Assembly: GCA_040954595.2 (NCBI GenBank)
Contig: CM082594.2
Span: 10,048,296-10,112,295, forward strand
Origin: Balanoglossus misakiensis
Lineage: Eukaryota > Animalia > Hemichordata
Reading direction: 5' to 3'
DNA length: 64,000 nucleotides
Positions within the stretch are counted from its first letter, which is position 1, and each line of letters begins with the position of its first letter. The notes under the pieces were generated by a model. The model made no database searches, was not told the DNA's origin, and saw only the letters and a program-made list of their open reading frames with translations. The position numbers and the translations under genes are program-made. Shown piece after piece: positions 57,621 to 64,000 of this stretch.

Positions 57621-59990
57621 AACAGACGCTCAAATATAACTGTATAAATGTGGCTGACAATGCACCAATGACTGACTTTTAGTGAAGTTTTTTTTTTGCC
57701 AGCTGACTAGTGAGTGACAATATCTCAGTTCTCGTCACTTTTTGAGTGTTGTGTTTTTTTTCCCTTCAAAACTAACATTTCTATCACTTGTTTCCAACTG
57801 TATACTGAATCCAAAAAGATTTACGACTACGAAGTGAAGTAGAAATAAATGATTTGCAATGCGAGTAAAGAAAAAGTTGTCAATTTTCAAACATCTTACT
57901 GTATTTGATCGGTCTGTATATTTATACATCCATGTGTAAGTTCCCTTGAAGGGTACATCAGCATTCTGTACTGAAACAGTACCTGTAGAATATTGTGAAA
58001 ATTTATGCACTCACATTTACTGTCAGCATCCTTTGGAAGTATTCACATGATCACCAATATTACTTTGCTCTCAGAACTATCACAGACGCACAACTTTAGA
58101 CTAAACCAATACTTCCAACTGCAGAATTGGAGAAAAAATTAAGGAAAATGGAAAACCATGAAAACAGACGAAATTTAACTTTGGAAATGCAACTGATGTT
58201 CAATCATGCAAGTTTAACTGTGACACCAGTATTATTGGTGTAGGTCAATGTACAACTTTCTCTTTTGTGATGCATAGGAAAGATAATGGTTTCTTTGAGT
58301 TTGTGGCGTGAACAATTGAATATGCAACCAAGATTTGCTTTATCTGAAATATTTTCTTCTTGTAGAGAGAAAATACATAAAGTGTGAAAATGATACAAAT
58401 TGACACATAGTTGTATCAGGGATATGTGAATTAAAATGTGACTATTTATCCATATATCTAATCTTGGGTGTTTTGTTGGATTGTTTTTGAGAGAGAGAGA
58501 GATCGGTGTGTGTGAATATTCAGGAAATGACATTCGTTAGCAAACATGACCCATACTAAGAGAAGAATTCCACCCACACACTCTTCTTGTAATTGATGCC
58601 TGACAAACACCGTCAAAACGAAAATGTTTATAAGTTAGTTTCATTTCCTACAAGGAAGCTAAAATATTGTCTGTAGTTCTATTTTGGGGTCATATGCATG
58701 GAAATACTTGCACATGGCGCCCTCAACATGGGTTGCATTTGATCTACTTGAGGGCGTTAGATATAGCAACCCACAGTGCCAGACTTCAGCCAAAGTGATG
58801 CCCAGTTGAATCCTAGACACGTTATGTCCCATGGTTTTTAAACTGAACAATTAGCCTACTTTCAGAAAAAAGGGTTTTCTTTATTTGAACTTGCGTATTA
58901 TATATACACTATATTTCCTTCTCATATTTATATGCTAAATTTTATAGACAATTTCTTCGAAAAAAGGTCAAATTTACACCACTTTCAATTAGGCTTTATA
59001 CATACTACAATGCGAATTATCTCAATTGGTGCAGAAAACAAAAGATTTTACGGCAAGTATTTGCACATAAAAACTCCCCAGTCCATGGTCAGTTTTCATT
59101 ATACCTGTACTAGTATTGGCAAACACAATTCAAATCCGGCGCCAAAAAATGTCTGTCATTTTGCTATCATGTATTAAAATAATGAACTTTTTGTCAACTT
59201 AAAAAAAAAGTTTGTTCACATTCAAAACCAAATGTGCGACAAATAGTACACATAAGTACAATACTGTAAATTTGTTTACATTTCATTGGGGATTTGATCA
59301 AAGAAAGTTCATCTTTGTCTTTGAAAAATAATTCACTTAGTGTGTACTCGATAATGAACATCCTACATTAGATATATTTCACTTGTGAAAAAATGTGCTT
59401 AAGTGCTAGAAAAATAAGAGCCCGTTTGTGACGTGTGGAGAGAAAACAACTTAAGATCAGCTCTAGTACAATTTTTGACAGCGATGCCATTTAGGAGAAT
59501 CACACATTTCACAATTTAATTTTACATCCACTCGGGCCTTAAACTATGGTGCCACTCTAACTATTATCACATGGAAATAACTAGTACAAAAACCATTTTT
59601 TTGAAACTTTGAAACATGTCATCATAGTATGAGAAAAATGTTACTCAAACTGAAAACAAAGTACTGAATGAATAGCAGCATACACGAAAACAAAGACAAG
59701 TAAAAACATTGCACGATTAAAGATTTCTACGGCTGTTACCAGTCTATGATGATCTAGTTTCTCAAAAATATGTAATACTAAAAGAAGACAAATCATACTA
59801 GTCAGCAAATTAATCTTTACTGTCATCAAATGGATTCTACTAAAAATGTGTTCTCTGTGCGTGTTGTAAACATGAAATGTCTGCATTCAAATCTTATATA
59901 CGCACAGACATAAAACACAAAATGTTCTTTATAACCCTACAAATATATCAAATTTGGTGTGATTGAGAGGAAAACAGCTATTCCTAGATT

Positions 59991-60009
59991 GGGGGGGGGG
60001 GGGGGGGGG
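59991..60009 (+). repeat. poly-G tract (19 nt)
   Basis: Uninterrupted G run between the convergent NNT and PPP1R16-like 3' ends. Confidence 0.9.
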
Positions 60010-61798
60010 AATTAAATCCTCTTGCACAGCAAGATGGAAGGTAATGAAGAAACAAACCAAGTACTCATGTTTATCAAAATTTGTAACCAAGTTTTTAGAT
60101 CGAAATGTGGCAAAAACTCAACTATAGAACAGTCACACAGATTGAAGGAATGATTACAATAATTGTAATTCATAAAAATCTACTACAAGTGATGAGGTAT
60201 TTCTGAGTGGCCAAGATTCAACAAATACCATGGTGTGCTGTCAAGAAATTCAACCTCGAAAGTATACGACCTCAGCCCAAAAACTTAAAATAGCTAATAT
60301 TTTGCATAGTACCATAAAACTGGAATATTGCTGTATGCATCATTTCCAAACTGTCTTTTGTTTTGTAAATCCTTCAAATGAAATCGATTGAGTGGCGTTA
60401 TCACTGTGCTACAACTACATCATAGTGAATCTGTATAACTGGGTTATTTCTGGTAGTTGAGGTTATTTTTGGTGGGCCGCTTATAATATGTCTGGTGGTA
60501 TATTTAATACACTTTCTTTTTTTCTGTCTATGTAATTTTAAGTGAGGCAGATATTTACAGGGCTTGAGATAGGAGCTGGTAGGTGACGGGCAAACAATAT
60601 TTCGGCATCCAGTAACAGTAAAATGTAGGATTGTATGGAAATTTGCAGTTTTACTCACAAATCGACGTGTGCTGGCTGGAAGGTAGAACTTTCCGAGGCG
60701 GCAGTAGGATTTCTTCTGAAAACTGATAAAGACTAAGGAAAATCTATTTGTCTATGAAAACAACCAATGATAATAGTAAGTGTGCAAAACTGTGCAAACC
60801 AATACGGCATCTAGGTACCTGGTAATATGCAAACATGTAACATATCAACACCTGCTTACATATAAATGATTCTGATTGGCTGTTAAAAGTCTAGATTATT
60901 AATTAAATAATTTTGTATTTTCCCCTGGTTTCAAGACTAAACCAAGACAGCTTCAAATTGGATTGTAAGTATAATTCACATTGTAAAAGCACTCACAGTT
61001 TGCATGTAACAATAATCCATAAAGTTGCGAAAACCTTGGCCCCGTGGATTTTTTCTTCTGCAATTCTCCTTTTAGAAATGGATGATGAATATTTACATTA
61101 CCTCCCAAGTATCTTGGATGTCTGCAGCAAGAATTATTCATAATTTAATCCAATAGAATCAATTGTTTAACAGCCTCTGGTCTGAATACTGACATTTTTC
61201 CTTCAAATATATACAAGAGCACAAGAAATGATGACATCACAAGAATGTTGTGCATAACATCAGCAATCTTTGCACAGTTGCATAGATTTTGAATTTGACA
61301 TAGAGGGCACGGTGATTCCACTCTTGTAGTACCTTCTTGTATATTTTGAATTTAAATGTCAGTAGCCAAGATATACTGGCCCGTGTAGTTACCAAACTCT
61401 AAAATTCCTGTTGGTATTACTGCAACATGGCTAAACTACACACTTTTTCGATTATAAAGTTTTAATCAAAAATTATCTTTGAAAACATGTAAGATGATTT
61501 CATTTCAAAAATCTGTAAATGTTCTCTTTTACTGATCCACTGCAAGTTCTCGGACAATTGGATAAGCCAATGAAATAGTGGTGTTGGAAGAACCCACATA
61601 GTTTTCGTTGTAAACTTTCAGACAATATTTCCTGTTGATCTGTCCTAACATTACTGAATCTGCAAAAGGAATTCACAAAGATTGTTGTGAACTCAAAAAT
61701 TGACTGAACATATAAAAAAAGGTGATTTACGGTAGAAAGTGAACCCCAAAATGATCTCATGGGTGTCACATGATAACAGGAAAATGATCACATGACTG

Positions 61799-63159
61799 TC
61801 ACATGACAACACAACAGGTCGTATTTCCCCCATCATTGTCCACGTCTTCAACCTCGCCCTTGAAATGATATGGCTGGTCGGGTTCTGAGAGATAAAAAAA
61901 GGCATCATTCCCCACGGGCGTCACTGCAGGGGTCGTAGATGCCGATTCCTTGCTGGTGCCGTTCGCGTCGCTCTCCTTCCGCTGCACGTTCGGCGAGTGC
62001 GCCTCATTCTTCTGCTCATGCGACTTCTTCGTCACCACGGGGCTGAGTTTCTTGACGGACAGCGACTTGGCCTGGTGCTCCATGTTGTAGTGGAGCATGT
62101 CCACCGAGTCCCGGTGCATATTTTTGGGCACAGGCTGAAACACTTCCTCTAATTTTGTATCGTGACCGTGTTCTTGGATGTACTTTTGGTGCTGTTTGGA
62201 AGCACGCTGTCGCTTCAAATCCATCAGAGTACTGTGCGAGGCAGCGTCTTGTTTGTACTTATCCTGATAATACATATCAGCTTTCGTCAGTCCCTTGGAT
62301 TTCTCTGTTTTATCCTTCCTCTCATCCCTTTCCCGTCTCTCTTCCCTTTTCTCCTTTTTGCTTCTTTTATTTTCCTTTCCTGACGTTTTTTTCAAAATAG
62401 ACTTTTTCTTATTACTACTAGATTTTCTCTGTGGCTCCTGCTCTGGTACCAGAGTCGGTCCAAGAGCAATTGTAACATTTTTATTATGTCTGTCTCTGTG
62501 CAATTCCTCTGGGGACTCACTTCCGGGAATATCCGCAATCTGACCCCCGGACTGCGATTTTGCATGCCTTGTTTGGTCCTCTGTGCTCTGCCCGGACATT
62601 TCCACACTGACATCTCCGATATGAGCTGCCGGATTGTTTTCCGGTGAAGGCGCATCCTCCTGGATAAACAAACAAACAAAAAAACATACAAAAGTTAAGG
62701 AAGCATATACTATATACCATACAGAACAAACTAAAAGAGGCAGTTATCATGTAAGACTTTGGGGGCGCTCTTTATGTAGCAAGATTTTCAAATGAAAATT
62801 TGAAATAATAACCAGTACCCTTGGTATGTTCATGAGCTCAGCTTCTGCTTTGGCATCTCTCCTGGAAATTTCCTTCTTGTCTCTCATACTTGTACGTCGT
62901 ATTGATGCACTGGTAATATCAAAACAATTCATTAGCGTTAGTTATACATTTTATTGCAACAGACCAAAACATGACGTGAAGGAAAATATCATTTTCAAGC
63001 TCAGAAACACTGATGATATAAACACATGACTTTCTCTTTACCTTCTTCTATTTCGACTTGAGTTCCTCCTGACCAGAGTTACTTTATTATTTCTGTTGTT
63101 GATGATTTCTTTCTTGACTTCAATCAGTTTCTGTCTGGTGTCAGGATCTTCACAGATGT
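61799..63159 (-). CDS. PPP1R16A: 3' exons of protein phosphatase 1 regulatory subunit 16 (MYPT3/TIMAP)-like gene; 5' part beyond the window
   Basis: Exons 63042-63159, 62819-62909, 61799-62659 splice in frame: DICEDPDTRQKLIEVKKE...RRNSSRNRRSASIRRTSMRDKKEISRRDAKAEA, resembling the post-ankyrin RRxS region of MYPT3/TIMAP/MYPT-75D; C-terminal CCVVM* CaaX motif (cf. MYPT3 CCLLM). Ankyrin repeats are not in the window, so the symbol is tentative and A versus B cannot be resolved. Confidence 0.7.
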
Positions 63160-63162
63160 CTA

Positions 63163-63164
<2 letters not shown>

Positions 63165-63200
<36 letters not shown>
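63165..63200 (+). repeat. (ACA)n microsatellite, i.e. (TTG)n tract directly upstream of a minus-strand splice acceptor
   Basis: acaacaacaaca... abutting the acceptor TAG at 63160-63162. Confidence 0.9.
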
Positions 63201-63202
<2 letters not shown>

Positions 63203-64000
63203 TATTAGCCTGCAAATAAATGGGGCAGATTCATCATCTAACATTGCAATACGGGACTGAATATATCCAGGGATAAAAGATGACCTTTCCAGCTGCAGAA
63301 TGTATGTATGTGCTATTTTGTCTCTCCTCCCTTGCTGCCAGAAATCGCATGCAAGTTGATGGATGGCCCTTCAACATAGTGATCATAATTCTCATATCCT
63401 AAACTCCCCTGAGAGGCAGCTACATTGAAATACAACCGAGCAGATTGTGTTGTTGATCCCAAAGTTTGTACGCTCTTATATAATGGAATGTCAAATACCT
63501 TGAACAAAATCGCTATGGGAGTCAATTCCCTTTTATATGGCGCGTTACCATGGAAATGAATATGTCTGCTAACCTTTCAATGTATGACATACTTTATTTG
63601 GACTATGCCATTAAAGTACGTGATACCCTTTCTCAGAGTTACAGCTTAGGATTTGATACCTAACATATTAGTAGGTAACATAAAAAGTTTAACAAGATCA
63701 AGTTCTCTGCAATACATCATAATTGTGAATTACTGCTGAAAGTCTAAAAATATCACTTTATTTTCTGTTTCTATTAAGGCTGTGTCAATTGATTGAGTTT
63801 GCATGTTATTCACCTCATAAAATTGGACAATTTAAAGGGAGAATGAGATTAATGTCCCTCATATCACCTACAAGTGCAAGTTTTAGTTTGTGAAAAATTT
63901 CTCACTGGTGAACACGAGCTCTTTTCATGGCGCAGTTAAAATAACTCTGCGATCACAAACAGAATGAGTAATTTGTTCACTTATAGTTATAACTCCAGAA

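Overview
Intron-rich, AT-rich eukaryotic (metazoan) genomic DNA; the gene content suggests an invertebrate, possibly a marine deuterostome (inference). Left to right: a possible promoter and 5' exons of a minus-strand gene running off the left edge; a complete multi-exon CPAMD8 thioester protein gene (-, 4959-19738); a divergent 3-exon secreted two-FAS1-domain (fasciclin) gene (+, 23610-28524); a type I PIP 5-kinase gene (-, 32816-44142); mitochondrial NADP-isocitrate dehydrogenase IDH2 (-, 46466-53106); NAD(P) transhydrogenase NNT (+, 54411-57620, CDS without introns); and the last three exons of a PPP1R16A/B (MYPT3/TIMAP)-like gene ending in a CCVVM prenylation motif (-, 61799-63159, 5' part outside the window). 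Introns carry several ~70-130 bp MITE-like elements and microsatellites. Most notable: IDH2 and NNT, two main mitochondrial NADPH-generating enzymes, sit head-to-head with inferred starts about 400 bp apart, with an intronless NNT and clustered nuclear-receptor half-sites, which suggests a co-regulated mitochondrial NADPH locus. Also notable is a hidden 39-nt Cys-rich cassette exon plus alternative last exons in PIP5K1 with dense RBFOX (UGCAUG) motifs. Exon boundaries were read by eye and need transcript confirmation.
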